Virus record (IMG/VR): IMGVR_UViG_3300035696_000018 | Coordinates: 42,776-106,775 of that record | Strand: one strand, 5' to 3' | Length of the DNA: 64,000 bases | From: a virus | Shown: positions 1 through 10,575 of the stretch, one piece after another | Position numbering within the stretch: the first letter of the stretch is position 1 | How the letters are laid out: every line of letters starts with the position of its first letter | Translations under genes and position numbers: made by a program | The notes under the pieces: model-generated | The model's input: only the letters and a program-made list of their open reading frames with translations | Told to the model about the DNA's origin: nothing | Database searches by the model: none

Positions 1-2
1 GA

Positions 3-2294
3 ACCGATGCTACGAGTTCATTTGCCATTCTGAATGGAACTGCATCCGATGGCTTGTTTACCGTCAACAATTTCACAGGAAGCATTTCCAGTGGTTCCAC
101 TATTTGTCTCTACGGAACCGCCTCGGGCGTGGACACTCGAACGGAGAACTCACGTCAGTACATAAACCAAGCCTACATTGACCGTGCGTTGATTCAATTC
201 GACATCACAGCCATTTCCAACTCGATTGCAGATGGCACGATTACAAGTGCCTCATTCTTCTTGAAGGTGAAGATTTGCAATGAATACCAACTCCCTATTG
301 ACTACACAATCTACGCCTATCCAGTCTCCGAGAGTTGGGTAATGGGCAACGGATACATGTCAGACGGAGGCTCCGACGAAGGAGCAAGTTGGGTCTATCG
401 TGATTTCAATGGAGGAACACCGTGGGCGGCATCAGGCAGCAGTATCGTCAGCAATGTTGTATGCACGCAAAGTTTCCATTACAAATCAGCCGATATTGAC
501 ATGGATGTTACTCCGATTGTCAACTACTGGCTGTCAAACCCAAACAAAAACTTCGGACTTATCCTCATTTCTTCGGGCGAACAACAAACAACAGGCTCGG
601 GATTCACACTCAAGTATTTCAGCGAAGATACCAACACGATTTACTCTCCATTGTTGGACGTAGGTTGGAGCGAGTGGTCGTTCAATACGGGAAGCTTCCT
701 AACGGCAAGCGTGACTATTACTCAAGCTTCGGGGTCCAACTCCACAGTTCAAACGGGGTCTTGGATTTCTGTTCCGAATGGAGTCTATGGAAACTTCATC
801 GGGTCCGCTCTGATATATGAGACAGCCAACTTTATCACGGCGAGCGATGAAATATTCACAAGTAGCTTTGTTCAACAGTTCACTGGAAGTTTCTCGGGGT
901 CATTCTACGGCATAGCAACTGCACAAGGGTACTACACGGGTAGCGGAGGATTCTCTGCAAGCTTCACTGGCTCCATTGACGGAACGGGGTCAATCGAACT
1001 CACAAGCAGTGCTGTTTCGGGCACAAGCGTTGAAGGATACATCGTAGGAGACGTTTCCATGCCATCATTCTTGGGAACCTTCTCTGGCAGTTTGGCGGGA
1101 CTGGCATTATGTCTTGCGGGAACGGGGTCGGGAACGTGGCTAGACGAAACCTACGAGGCGTACAGTGGGTATATCTCTGCCTCGGGAATCTCGGGGGACA
1201 TTGTGAATGACCCGATTTTCGGGAATGCACAAGGCATCATGACTTTGAATTCGTTCCAAGTCGTATTGCCAGCGGACCTTCATTATCTATATCCGACATC
1301 TCCAAACGAAGCCCCTTACCAAAACATATTGGCTCAAAATCCGCAGTTTGCGACCAACTATCAGTTTTTGAGTCCTTACAACCCACTCGAAGAACTTTGG
1401 TATGTATGGGGTGGAGACGAAGCGGGATGGACAACAGAACTTCCACTTTACACCCCGAACGTATTCACTTGTTCTTGTGGGGTGTCTCACAGCGTTCAAG
1501 TAATGTCGGGGTCGTTCACGGATGGTGTTTTCAGTGGAAGCACATTCATAGCTTACTACGAAAACTACAGCATTATCTATGCGTCTATGACGGGTTCTTG
1601 GAATCCTACCGCACTATACGGAAGCAACTTCCTTATTCCGCTCCCGCAAGTGACGTATCCACATGTGACGGCGTACATCAATGGACCGTTCGTTACGGGC
1701 AGAGCCTTGGGATTATACACCAACTCGGCATCCATTTCTGCATCGGTGACACAGAGCATTACCAGTGCAAGCTTTTTCGGTCAAATTGTGGACGGGCCGT
1801 TCGTCGGTGGAATCGTATCACTGCAATTGTCGGGAAGCACTGCGGGACAAACGAGTCCTTATGCCTTCACGAGCAGCGTCCAGATGACTTCAAGTTTCCT
1901 TGACCCGCTCGATACGGGACGCCAGTTCAGCATCAATTTGACGACGCTCCAGCCGACATACAAAGCAGGAGACATCATCAAAATCAATGTCTTTGCCAGA
2001 CCAAAGTACCCGATTAAGGACTTCGGTATCTTGACCCAGCAGCAGGCATATCTTGTTCCTGAATTCTTGCCAACTTCGTCCTATTGGGCGTTGAAAGACA
2101 ATCAGACCGACGAAATTGTAGTCAATTTCGATAGTTATACTCAGATAAGCTGTCAGTATCCCGAGGGGAATTTCTTCCTCGTGGACACCACCAGCTTACC
2201 TCAAGAGCGTTACTATCGCATTTTGATTCGTGTTGACGACGGAGTGCAGGTTAGCACGATTGACACTGGCAAGACATTCAAGATAACAAGGTAA
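3..2294 (+). CDS. Virion structural (baseplate/tail) protein, DNRLRE-like N-terminal region; 5'-partial
   Basis: Frame open from base 3; RALIQFD...AYPVSESWVMGNG...GASW pattern; S/T/G-rich; at the head of the structural cluster. Confidence 0.6.
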   Translation, partial: TDATSSFAILNGTASDGLFTVNNFTGSISSGSTICLYGTASGVDTRTENSRQYINQAYIDRALIQFDITAISNSIADGTITSASFFLKVKICNEYQLPIDYTIYAYPVSESWVMGNGYMSDGGSDEGASWVYRDFNGGTPWAASGSSIVSNVVCTQSFHYKSADIDMDVTPIVNYWLSNPNKNFGLILISSGEQQTTGSGFTLKYFSEDTNTIYSPLLDVGWSEWSFNTGSFLTASVTITQASGSNSTVQTGSWISVPNGVYGNFIGSALIYETANFITASDEIFTSSFVQQFTGSFSGSFYGIATAQGYYTGSGGFSASFTGSIDGTGSIELTSSAVSGTSVEGYIVGDVSMPSFLGTFSGSLAGLALCLAGTGSGTWLDETYEAYSGYISASGISGDIVNDPIFGNAQGIMTLNSFQVVLPADLHYLYPTSPNEAPYQNILAQNPQFATNYQFLSPYNPLEELWYVWGGDEAGWTTELPLYTPNVFTCSCGVSHSVQVMSGSFTDGVFSGSTFIAYYENYSIIYASMTGSWNPTALYGSNFLIPLPQVTYPHVTAYINGPFVTGRALGLYTNSASISASVTQSITSASFFGQIVDGPFVGGIVSLQLSGSTAGQTSPYAFTSSVQMTSSFLDPLDTGRQFSINLTTLQPTYKAGDIIKINVFARPKYPIKDFGILTQQQAYLVPEFLPTSSYWALKDNQTDEIVVNFDSYTQISCQYPEGNFFLVDTTSLPQERYYRILIRVDDGVQVSTIDTGKTFKITR

Positions 2295-2295
2295 T

Positions 2296-2763
2296 ATGGC
2301 CGATTTCTCAACCAACATTCAGCAATTCCAGCAGAATGGGACTTATGAATATGAGTTCGATGATGTTGGGAACCTGATTTTTAACAGTTCCTCGGCTGAC
2401 TTTTCACAAGTCTATCTGTCCCTGCCTCTGACCAACGTGGGATATAATAACGTCAAAATCGCTTCGTTTTATACGCCCGACTTCGAAGAATTCATCCCGA
2501 CTACGGCTTCGGCGTCTCCTACATCGAGCGTAGATGATTTGAACAATCAACTGAGCACTTTGCAGCAAGAGAATCAGCAGTTACAAGGTCAGTTGAACGA
2601 CATGATTGCTCAAAGTACAACGAGTAACCCCGCCGCCGATTCGCAGGCCAGCAAGCAAGTCATTTTGGACCTTCGAAAGGCGTTGGGGCAAGGAAGAGTA
2701 GATTCCGACTTTTCGGATACTTTCCCTTACACTCCGATAACGAAACCAGCACCATCAACATAA
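2296..2763 (+). CDS. Hypothetical virion protein with coiled coil
   Basis: 155-aa ORF tightly packed between structural genes; LNNQLSTLQQENQQLQGQLND coiled coil. Confidence 0.6.
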   Translation: MADFSTNIQQFQQNGTYEYEFDDVGNLIFNSSSADFSQVYLSLPLTNVGYNNVKIASFYTPDFEEFIPTTASASPTSSVDDLNNQLSTLQQENQQLQGQLNDMIAQSTTSNPAADSQASKQVILDLRKALGQGRVDSDFSDTFPYTPITKPAPST

Positions 2764-2764
2764 C

Positions 2765-5700
2765 ATGGACTACACGTCATACCAAATCGTATCCGAGAAC
2801 TCTCAGAGTTTGAATACGGGTTCATACTTGAACTCGACGGAGTACTCCATGTTCGTGAATGGTTTCTATTCGGACTTGTGGTATGGTCTGTCCGAGAAAG
2901 ACGTTATCGAAATTGGGCTGTGGGACCGCAATCAGAATCTCATTGGATGGAATACTCTTGACCAGTCTAAGAGCTATGACATGGTAACGGTCTCCTATTT
3001 CAATACACTGAACAATGTCATCAGCTATTCCTATCAGGAACTCGAACCCGATTTCATTCTCAATAGCACCAAGAACATTTTGGTTGACCCCGCAGACCAA
3101 GTTTCTCAATCTTTTGCTATCCCAAGCGGAAGCTACATCCTCACGTACAATTTGACTCGTGAGATGGCGGGTGGGCCATCAGCCCCATTGGTCATCAAGG
3201 ATATTTCTCCTTCCAAAAAGGAACTCAAGCTTGTTCCCCAAACCACGTTTGATGATACTTACACGGCATTTTGCCAACACCAGTTCTTAATGAACACGGT
3301 GTCGCCTCTCTATCTACAAGCCGTCAAGAATTGTCAATACGGAAACATCTACAATCAAGTAGCCCCATTTTATCCGAATCAGATTGCGACCATAAAGTCG
3401 TTGTTCTTCATTCCATCCGATGGGCAGATGCTTACCTTCTTCAAGAACCTCTACGAGGACTTGCTGATGTATTCTTCGACGCCGGTGGTCACGACTCAAG
3501 GAGTCAACATCGTTAGCCAGAACTTCATCCGAATCCAAGGCATTAGCACTTATTTCAACAACTATCTGTTGTCGAATTCGACTGCGAGCGTGGATTTCGA
3601 TACCCTTGACTCCCACTTCCATGCGTTCGTATCGGCATCAATCGAGAGGAAGTTTTCCGCCGTAGGCCCGAACCCGCAAGAACAATACGTCCAAGCCAAA
3701 GCGTTCGTGTATGACTTCTTCACAAAGTATTTCTATGACCCAATTAGCCAAACGCTGGCACAGGCATATGAAGACAAATACTTTGGATACTTCAAGAACG
3801 CCCTGAACGTCGGGAACAACCGACTGCTTCCAATCCTCAACTTTGGAATGCTCGACGAGCGGGTAAATCCGACAGACCCACTCACTTTGTTGGTCAAGTT
3901 GAAGGATGAGTTGCCGAACGATTTGGCGGCTCAAACACAATGTTGGGTCTCCAACGTTTCACTCGTTCCTTTCGTCATCAGTGCAATTATCAAGACGAAT
4001 CCAGAACTCATCGTTCACACGATTGGACCACCAAACTTCTCTATCCCAATTCCAAACGCAAGCCTGACGAACACCAACATATCGTACACGGCGAATGATT
4101 TGAAGAATGATGACGAGACGGAACGACAGCTTACAGTAAGCCGAAACATAGCTGATTTGACCGTAGATTACAGCGATTTCAACAACTTCGTTGTCTTTTC
4201 TTCGGCGGAAATGCGTCTCAAGATTTTCAAGAACAAGATGATTAACCTCTGTGGCCTTACGGCCTCGGTATCAACTCTTGAAAATAACGCCAGCCAGTGG
4301 ATGGTTGCCATCGGCAGTGTCTATCCTTACTATGACCGAGAGTATTGCTCCCTTCAAGGGAAGATGAACGACATAATCAAGACGTTTGATGGTTATGAGT
4401 CCTATCTGTACCGCCAAGGATACTATACCTATGTCAGCGGAGCATTTGTCAGTGCAAGCTATGTTACTTCCCAAGATTCAGCAGCCGTTGCTTATGACCA
4501 AACGAATCGTGACAGCCTGATTAACACCTGCCCCGAGCATATCCTGACCAATCCAGACAACGACGACTACATTGTCTTTTTGGCGATGGTGGGTCACTTC
4601 TTCGATACGCTGTACGTTTACATCGCCAATCTCCCAGCAGAAAAAGTGATTGGCCAAGACGCAACCTCGGCCTTTACTCGCCGAGTTGTAGATTACATGC
4701 TTGAAACTTTCGGATGGAATCTCGACGACTCCCTTGAGCAATCCGATTTGCTTAACAACTATTTGACAAACGAGCAAGTTGCTGGTCTCAACAGCATGTC
4801 AGCCGAAGACCGATTGAAAGTGATACGAAATCGTATCTTAAGCACTTTGCCTCAGATTTACAAGACCAAGGGAACAGAAGAAGCCGTACGCCTCATTTTG
4901 GCGTGCTACGGCATACCTAACGTACTTCTAAGCGTCCGAGAATACGGCGGGGTGGTCTATGATGACCCGAAAGCTTCCTACACCCTCTACGAGCGTGTCT
5001 ATATGCGACAATGGGATACGTCGTCTCGATATGACTCGTACGATTTGAACCTCCCGACGAGTTCTTATACTTACCTCTTCAAAGTAAGCATTGATGACTC
5101 GACTCCCTATACTTACGGAGTTGAACAAACCCTCTTTGGTAGTGTTCAGACCAACGTCCGAAATTCCATAAGTGCTTCTGGAGAATGGGGAGTTGGATTT
5201 GTCCGCATTCCCAAGAAAAACACTGGACAAATCTTCTTCCGTATTGGCTACCAAGGAGCCGAGACATTCAAGATGTATAGCCAAGAGTTCCCGCTCTTTG
5301 ATGGGAACATTTACTCGGTTATGCTCCGTCGTAACTATCCTGACCCAGGTTACGAGTACAATCCAAACTACGATTCAATCCCCGCCGAATATGATTTGTA
5401 TGTCAAGCGGAATGAGTTTGGAAACCAGTTGGTCAATCTGTCTTCCAGTGCCATTTGTTACTTGACAGCCTCCAATATGCAGTTTGGGGCGGGAGGATTG
5501 CTCAAGATTGGTGGATGGTTCGCCGATGTCAACGGGCAAGGATTTACGGGAGCATTCGATAAGTTCCAAGTTTGGAGGGCACCTGTGCCCGACGCCAACG
5601 TGGAAGATTACACGAACAATTTCAGTGCTTACAGTTTCCAAGGGTCTGGGTCCGTGCCATATGAGGCTTTGATGTTTCGTATGCATACGGACTACCCGTT

Positions 5701-7936
5701 CAATCAGCTTGAAACGGGAATGTGGGTCAATGGGAACCCTTATCTCGCAGTATCGTCTTCGTGGAAACTCGATGCCCTTTACTCCGACCCAACCAATGTT
5801 GACTACATGGTTAGCACCAATGCTTGGTCTGGTTCTACCAACATCGTGGATGGTCCGTGCGGACCAGTATCACAGTCGGTATATCCATATCAATTCACGG
5901 TGTTCAACTATCCAAGCACTTGGGGTATTTCTCAATACGGCCCGAACAAATTCCGCAACGAAAAGACTCGCTACGTGTCACAGTCTGTCGAAGCCCGCTT
6001 CGACAACCTTGACCGTTCAACGTACGTTGACCCGAATGCCACGGCTCCAGACTCCAACCAAGTCGGGTTCTTCGTGGACCCGCAGGATTTCAAAAACCGT
6101 GACATCGTTCGCTACTTCGGTAACTTCAACTTCATGGATGTCATCGGAGACCCTGGCTATGAATACTCTCAAAGCTATGACCAGTTGAGGCTTTACAGAA
6201 ACGAGTATGCCACAGACCGTAATCAGTACAGCGGAAGCCGAACTCTTTTCAACGAGTTGCAGACAGTTTACAAGTTGTATTTCAACCGCTCGATTTTCGA
6301 TAGCATAAAGAACGTCATTCCAGCAAGAGTCAATGCTCTTCTTGGAGTCGTGATTGAGCCAACGATTCTTGAACGTCCGAAGTATCAACTCAAGCCAGTT
6401 ACCACTCATTGCCATTATGCATTGAGTTCTTCGGTGGGACATTACGCTGGGGATTCGGGGTCTTTGGTCAGAATCAGCAGCAGTATCGTTCCAAGCGGGT
6501 CTCTTTACCTTGACCTGACCGACCTCTCCACCCCAACACGGGATTATCCAGTGAACTATGGGGGCAACTACATTCGTGACCTAGCAGACAACTTTGAACT
6601 CGGGCATTTTGCCTCGGGAGTTCCAGCACGCACCGTTGACTTTGTGGGAGTACCGTTGTTTGGATATGCTCCGTTGGGAGTCCATTTCACGAACCTATCG
6701 TTCGGTCCAACGTCTTACATATGGGATTTTGGGGATGGCACCACGAGTACGGATGCCAACCCAATACACATTTACCAGGACGCTGGAGTTTATACGGTCA
6801 TTCTGTATGGTTATTACGGGGCATTCCAGTTGACAAGGAAGAAGCTCCAGTACGTCACGGCGATTCAGTACAATCTTTCGGCAGATTTCACGGCAGACCA
6901 CGTTTATGGGCAAGAGCCTCAGACCATCCATTTCACGAACAAGAGCGTGGGCGGTCAGACATATTTGTGGAGTTTCGGGTCTCAATCCATTACCTCGACG
7001 GATGTCAACCCAACCTTCACTTACACTCACGCAGGGTTCTATACGGTTGTTTTGACAGCGTATGCTTCAATCATAAACCCAGGAGACCCACCAAACAACT
7101 ATGCCTCACAGCACACAAGCACGAGCTATATTAGCATCAGTGCTCCACCGCTGCCAGCGGCAACTTGCTATGGTCCATACGAAAACTATCAGTATGGCGA
7201 CAATGGAAATGGAACATTGGCCTTTACTTGGCTTAACCCATTGGGCACTGGAACGGGTGACGTAACCTTCCAGTGGAGTGACAATAATGACCCAGTTTGG
7301 TATCGTGTGGTCCTTAATAACAACATCGTCTTTGATTCAGGATGGCTCTGCACGGATGTCTCTCCATCCAAACAGACGGCATTGCAGGCTGCTTTGACCG
7401 CTTACCCGACGCATCCATTGTTCTTGAATAACACGACGATTCACTCTGGATTTGCGTCTCAATCAGTGTGGACTAAGACTGACACGAATGCTTATGCCAC
7501 AGTCTTTGCATATGCCCCGATGCAGGCTCGCTTCGACTACACACAAAGCTGCCCAGTTTACATCCCACCAGCACTTCCTTGCGGTGGTGCTGTAACCGAG
7601 ACGGGTGGAGTAGTTCCATATCCGTACTACAAAGATTACTATGTCCAGCTTGGAAACGGGGCGGGAAGTGTAACACTCGACTTCAATATGTACGATGTTC
7701 CCGACAAAGCACAAGTCATTATTGATGGCGTACTTGTTCTGGATACTGGTTGGAGAGGCGACACATCATATAAAAGCAATCTTGAAGCTTTGGGGTTCAC
7801 TGACCCAATTACATCTCCAGGAGCAGGTTCATTGACGTTTACCAAGGCAGTATCAGTAAGCCCAGTGGCAACCGTCAGAATGTGGTCGCCGCTCGGAGGA
7901 ACTGCATGGACATTCACTTTGAACTGCCCAGTGTAA
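2765..7936 (+). CDS. Large baseplate/tail structural protein with two PKD domains
   Basis: 1723 aa; baseplate-wedge-like IYKTKGTEEAVRLILACYGIP; PKD motifs YIWDFGDG...NPIHIY and YLWSFGS...NPTFTY. Confidence 0.7.
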   Translation: MDYTSYQIVSENSQSLNTGSYLNSTEYSMFVNGFYSDLWYGLSEKDVIEIGLWDRNQNLIGWNTLDQSKSYDMVTVSYFNTLNNVISYSYQELEPDFILNSTKNILVDPADQVSQSFAIPSGSYILTYNLTREMAGGPSAPLVIKDISPSKKELKLVPQTTFDDTYTAFCQHQFLMNTVSPLYLQAVKNCQYGNIYNQVAPFYPNQIATIKSLFFIPSDGQMLTFFKNLYEDLLMYSSTPVVTTQGVNIVSQNFIRIQGISTYFNNYLLSNSTASVDFDTLDSHFHAFVSASIERKFSAVGPNPQEQYVQAKAFVYDFFTKYFYDPISQTLAQAYEDKYFGYFKNALNVGNNRLLPILNFGMLDERVNPTDPLTLLVKLKDELPNDLAAQTQCWVSNVSLVPFVISAIIKTNPELIVHTIGPPNFSIPIPNASLTNTNISYTANDLKNDDETERQLTVSRNIADLTVDYSDFNNFVVFSSAEMRLKIFKNKMINLCGLTASVSTLENNASQWMVAIGSVYPYYDREYCSLQGKMNDIIKTFDGYESYLYRQGYYTYVSGAFVSASYVTSQDSAAVAYDQTNRDSLINTCPEHILTNPDNDDYIVFLAMVGHFFDTLYVYIANLPAEKVIGQDATSAFTRRVVDYMLETFGWNLDDSLEQSDLLNNYLTNEQVAGLNSMSAEDRLKVIRNRILSTLPQIYKTKGTEEAVRLILACYGIPNVLLSVREYGGVVYDDPKASYTLYERVYMRQWDTSSRYDSYDLNLPTSSYTYLFKVSIDDSTPYTYGVEQTLFGSVQTNVRNSISASGEWGVGFVRIPKKNTGQIFFRIGYQGAETFKMYSQEFPLFDGNIYSVMLRRNYPDPGYEYNPNYDSIPAEYDLYVKRNEFGNQLVNLSSSAICYLTASNMQFGAGGLLKIGGWFADVNGQGFTGAFDKFQVWRAPVPDANVEDYTNNFSAYSFQGSGSVPYEALMFRMHTDYPFNQLETGMWVNGNPYLAVSSSWKLDALYSDPTNVDYMVSTNAWSGSTNIVDGPCGPVSQSVYPYQFTVFNYPSTWGISQYGPNKFRNEKTRYVSQSVEARFDNLDRSTYVDPNATAPDSNQVGFFVDPQDFKNRDIVRYFGNFNFMDVIGDPGYEYSQSYDQLRLYRNEYATDRNQYSGSRTLFNELQTVYKLYFNRSIFDSIKNVIPARVNALLGVVIEPTILERPKYQLKPVTTHCHYALSSSVGHYAGDSGSLVRISSSIVPSGSLYLDLTDLSTPTRDYPVNYGGNYIRDLADNFELGHFASGVPARTVDFVGVPLFGYAPLGVHFTNLSFGPTSYIWDFGDGTTSTDANPIHIYQDAGVYTVILYGYYGAFQLTRKKLQYVTAIQYNLSADFTADHVYGQEPQTIHFTNKSVGGQTYLWSFGSQSITSTDVNPTFTYTHAGFYTVVLTAYASIINPGDPPNNYASQHTSTSYISISAPPLPAATCYGPYENYQYGDNGNGTLAFTWLNPLGTGTGDVTFQWSDNNDPVWYRVVLNNNIVFDSGWLCTDVSPSKQTALQAALTAYPTHPLFLNNTTIHSGFASQSVWTKTDTNAYATVFAYAPMQARFDYTQSCPVYIPPALPCGGAVTETGGVVPYPYYKDYYVQLGNGAGSVTLDFNMYDVPDKAQVIIDGVLVLDTGWRGDTSYKSNLEALGFTDPITSPGAGSLTFTKAVSVSPVATVRMWSPLGGTAWTFTLNCPV

Positions 7937-7950
7937 GCTATTTATAACGT

Positions 7951-8703
7951 ATGAGCCTCAATGGTGAAATCTACTTTGACATGACCCGAGACGCCCACCG
8001 TATGTACGGGCAATCAAGGTTCATGCTCAAGCGATGGCGAAAATTTGACATTTTCACCAAGACGGGTTCGTTTGTCCGTTCGGAGAACCCCGCCGCCAAT
8101 ACGTATGCCAGCACGTCAGTCTATTTGTATGACTATGTGGTGGTGAACGATACGTGGTTCTTCAACAACGTGGTGACTGCCTCGTACGTTTCTCCAGTTC
8201 CATCGAACGATTGGGATTATGCTGGTGGAAACATGTGGAATCACGGCATTAACACATGGGCCAACAGTCCAAACGCCATCACAAACAACTACATTTTGAG
8301 GCCGAACCAACCGGCGTCCTCCTTCATTGGGCATCAAGTTTCGGGGTCTCTACCGGGGTATTATCCAAACCCAGTTCCATCTCCATTCAACGGGTTGACC
8401 ACGCAGCAGTATCTCACGTTGATGGCTACTCCGATTTACCGAGACGACGGAACGTACTTTGAAATCGTCCGTGGGTATCCCCGAAACCATTACACCCACA
8501 AACGAAGCATTTTCACGCTGGAAAGGTTTACCAGTTACGGCATTGCCAATGGCAGCGTTACGACTCAAGTGTATCAGAAGGGAAGAAACACGTCGCAAAC
8601 GACCATTGGATTGACTGGACTCAACGATGGAAGCGACCCCGTTCAAACGACGCAGGTCACGAACATTGACATTATCCAGTCGGACAACGTAATTTACCAC
8701 TAA
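7951..8703 (+). CDS. Hypothetical virion protein
   Basis: 250-aa ORF with TATTTATA 4 nt upstream of ATG; structural context. Confidence 0.6.
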   Translation: MSLNGEIYFDMTRDAHRMYGQSRFMLKRWRKFDIFTKTGSFVRSENPAANTYASTSVYLYDYVVVNDTWFFNNVVTASYVSPVPSNDWDYAGGNMWNHGINTWANSPNAITNNYILRPNQPASSFIGHQVSGSLPGYYPNPVPSPFNGLTTQQYLTLMATPIYRDDGTYFEIVRGYPRNHYTHKRSIFTLERFTSYGIANGSVTTQVYQKGRNTSQTTIGLTGLNDGSDPVQTTQVTNIDIIQSDNVIYH

Positions 8704-8755
8704 AAAACCAAGGACTCGTTGATACTTATAGATGAGTACCTTTTTATAACAGCAT

Positions 8756-9400
8756 ATGGCCTACATAGACAATCAAACCATCACCGTGGATGCAGTTCTC
8801 ACCCAAAAGGGTCGTCAACTTTTGGCACAGAATGGCAATCTCAACATTACCAGCTTCGCACTGGCCGATGACGAGATTGACTACACGCTGTACAACCCGA
8901 ACCATCCAAACGGCAGTGCTTTCTACGACATCGCACTCCGCAACACTCCAATTTTCGAGCCACTGACGGATGAGACCCAAGTGATGAAGTACAAGCTTGT
9001 CACCCTCAATCAGGGTGTCACGTCTATTCCGGTTATCACCATCACCCAAGACAAGATTCTCGTGACGAAGGATTACACGGGCGACATCGTTATTTCTCCG
9101 TCCACCAACCCCGCTTACAACTTGCAGGCTGGTTATACGGCCATTCTTGGCAACAAGAACGTCGGTATTCTGATTGTTCAGCAAACAAATGCTGTCAACT
9201 CGGTTTCCAACACAGTTCCAACCTTCGCAGGAGACATTAACATTGCCAGTGCCCAAGTCGTGGTCGGCAACGTTTTCCGTTTCGTTCCGAACAGCGGTCT
9301 TGGAACAACGACTACCACGAACCTGACAATCATCGGCAACGAATCGGGCGGTAGCACTTCCATTGAAGTCACTGTCACGGTCCCGCCAGTATCCTCGTAA
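8756..9400 (+). CDS. Virion (baseplate-region) protein
   Basis: MAYIDNQTITVDAVLTQKGRQLLA...FALADDEIDY N-terminus typical of large-phage baseplate/tail proteins. Confidence 0.65.
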   Translation: MAYIDNQTITVDAVLTQKGRQLLAQNGNLNITSFALADDEIDYTLYNPNHPNGSAFYDIALRNTPIFEPLTDETQVMKYKLVTLNQGVTSIPVITITQDKILVTKDYTGDIVISPSTNPAYNLQAGYTAILGNKNVGILIVQQTNAVNSVSNTVPTFAGDINIASAQVVVGNVFRFVPNSGLGTTTTTNLTIIGNESGGSTSIEVTVTVPPVSS

Positions 9401-9406
9401 ACGATT

Positions 9407-10561
9407 ATGATATTCAACACGTTTGACCCCAATCAAGACATTGTAGCTGGCCGTGTAACACGGGTGGCAAGTGGATTCTGGCCCGATGGAACTCCCGATT
9501 GGGACCAAGGCAATTTCCAAGACGATTTTTTCCGCCTGACGGGTTCAGGTACTCCGTCGCCATCAGTCGGCACGTCGAACTATGACGTTCGCCGCACGAT
9601 GTATTACCTCAACGTATTCCCCGATGCGTCGTCTTACGTGAACTATGACCCGTACTTCTCGATTGCATACGGAAACTTCTACGGTGAATATGGAAGTGGC
9701 TCCTTCACCCAAGAGTCGGCAAGTATTATGGCGTCCCCAACCAAGGCCATCTATACTCAGTACAAGAACGTTCTTCTCGCCAACTCTGACGCCAATGCGA
9801 CTTCCGATGGAATGTTTTCAATGGTTAGTGCAAGCACCACGGTTGAAGCTCAAGACATTTGGGTTGTCAACTTCTCGGCTTACAAGATGAAAGACCGCAT
9901 TGACGAAGGTCTTCTTCAACTCAATTTCAGCGGTTCCTCGGGGTCAATCAGTCTCATTGACGACTCCATCTATACGACTCAGAACCAATCGGTATATCAA
10001 TTGGTTCAAGGAACCATTGCTGCCCCACCGGGAAGCCCAACCTACCAAGGATTTGGATTGTTCTACCCACAAGCGGGAATTGTCGTTTTGAACGCCACTT
10101 TGCTTGCAGCCCAACTTGGAATTACCAGTGGGTCTGGTGTAGGGGCTGGAACGGGTGGTCCGTGCCCAGATGGTTCATGGCCATATGTCAGCGGCTCCCT
10201 CGGGAACATTGGATACACTTACAACCACAAGACTCTATTCGAGTCCATGAACATTTGTCAAGGTATCATGATGAATGTTCGTCGCACTGAATACGTGCCA
10301 TCAATTCACTACTTCGTGCGTGTGATGAACCGTGACTTCAACTACAGCAACAACCCGACGTACGTCTATGACGGAACGGACGGAGTTCACCCGAAGGGTC
10401 AAATTTACAACTCAGACTTCATTACTGACCCGAGGACGTACATTACCACGGTAGGATTGTATGACAATAGCAACAATCTCATAGCCGTAGCAAAATTGAG
10501 CCGACCTGCCGTCAAGTCTTTTGACGAAGAGTTGCTCATCAAGGTCAGACTCGATTTCTAA
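9407..10561 (+). CDS. Virion structural protein
   Basis: C-terminal TYITTVGLY...LIAVAKLSRP...IKVRLDF domain, shared with 17907..20348. Confidence 0.7.
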   Translation: MIFNTFDPNQDIVAGRVTRVASGFWPDGTPDWDQGNFQDDFFRLTGSGTPSPSVGTSNYDVRRTMYYLNVFPDASSYVNYDPYFSIAYGNFYGEYGSGSFTQESASIMASPTKAIYTQYKNVLLANSDANATSDGMFSMVSASTTVEAQDIWVVNFSAYKMKDRIDEGLLQLNFSGSSGSISLIDDSIYTTQNQSVYQLVQGTIAAPPGSPTYQGFGLFYPQAGIVVLNATLLAAQLGITSGSGVGAGTGGPCPDGSWPYVSGSLGNIGYTYNHKTLFESMNICQGIMMNVRRTEYVPSIHYFVRVMNRDFNYSNNPTYVYDGTDGVHPKGQIYNSDFITDPRTYITTVGLYDNSNNLIAVAKLSRPAVKSFDEELLIKVRLDF

Positions 10562-10575
10562 TACGTCCTGAATGA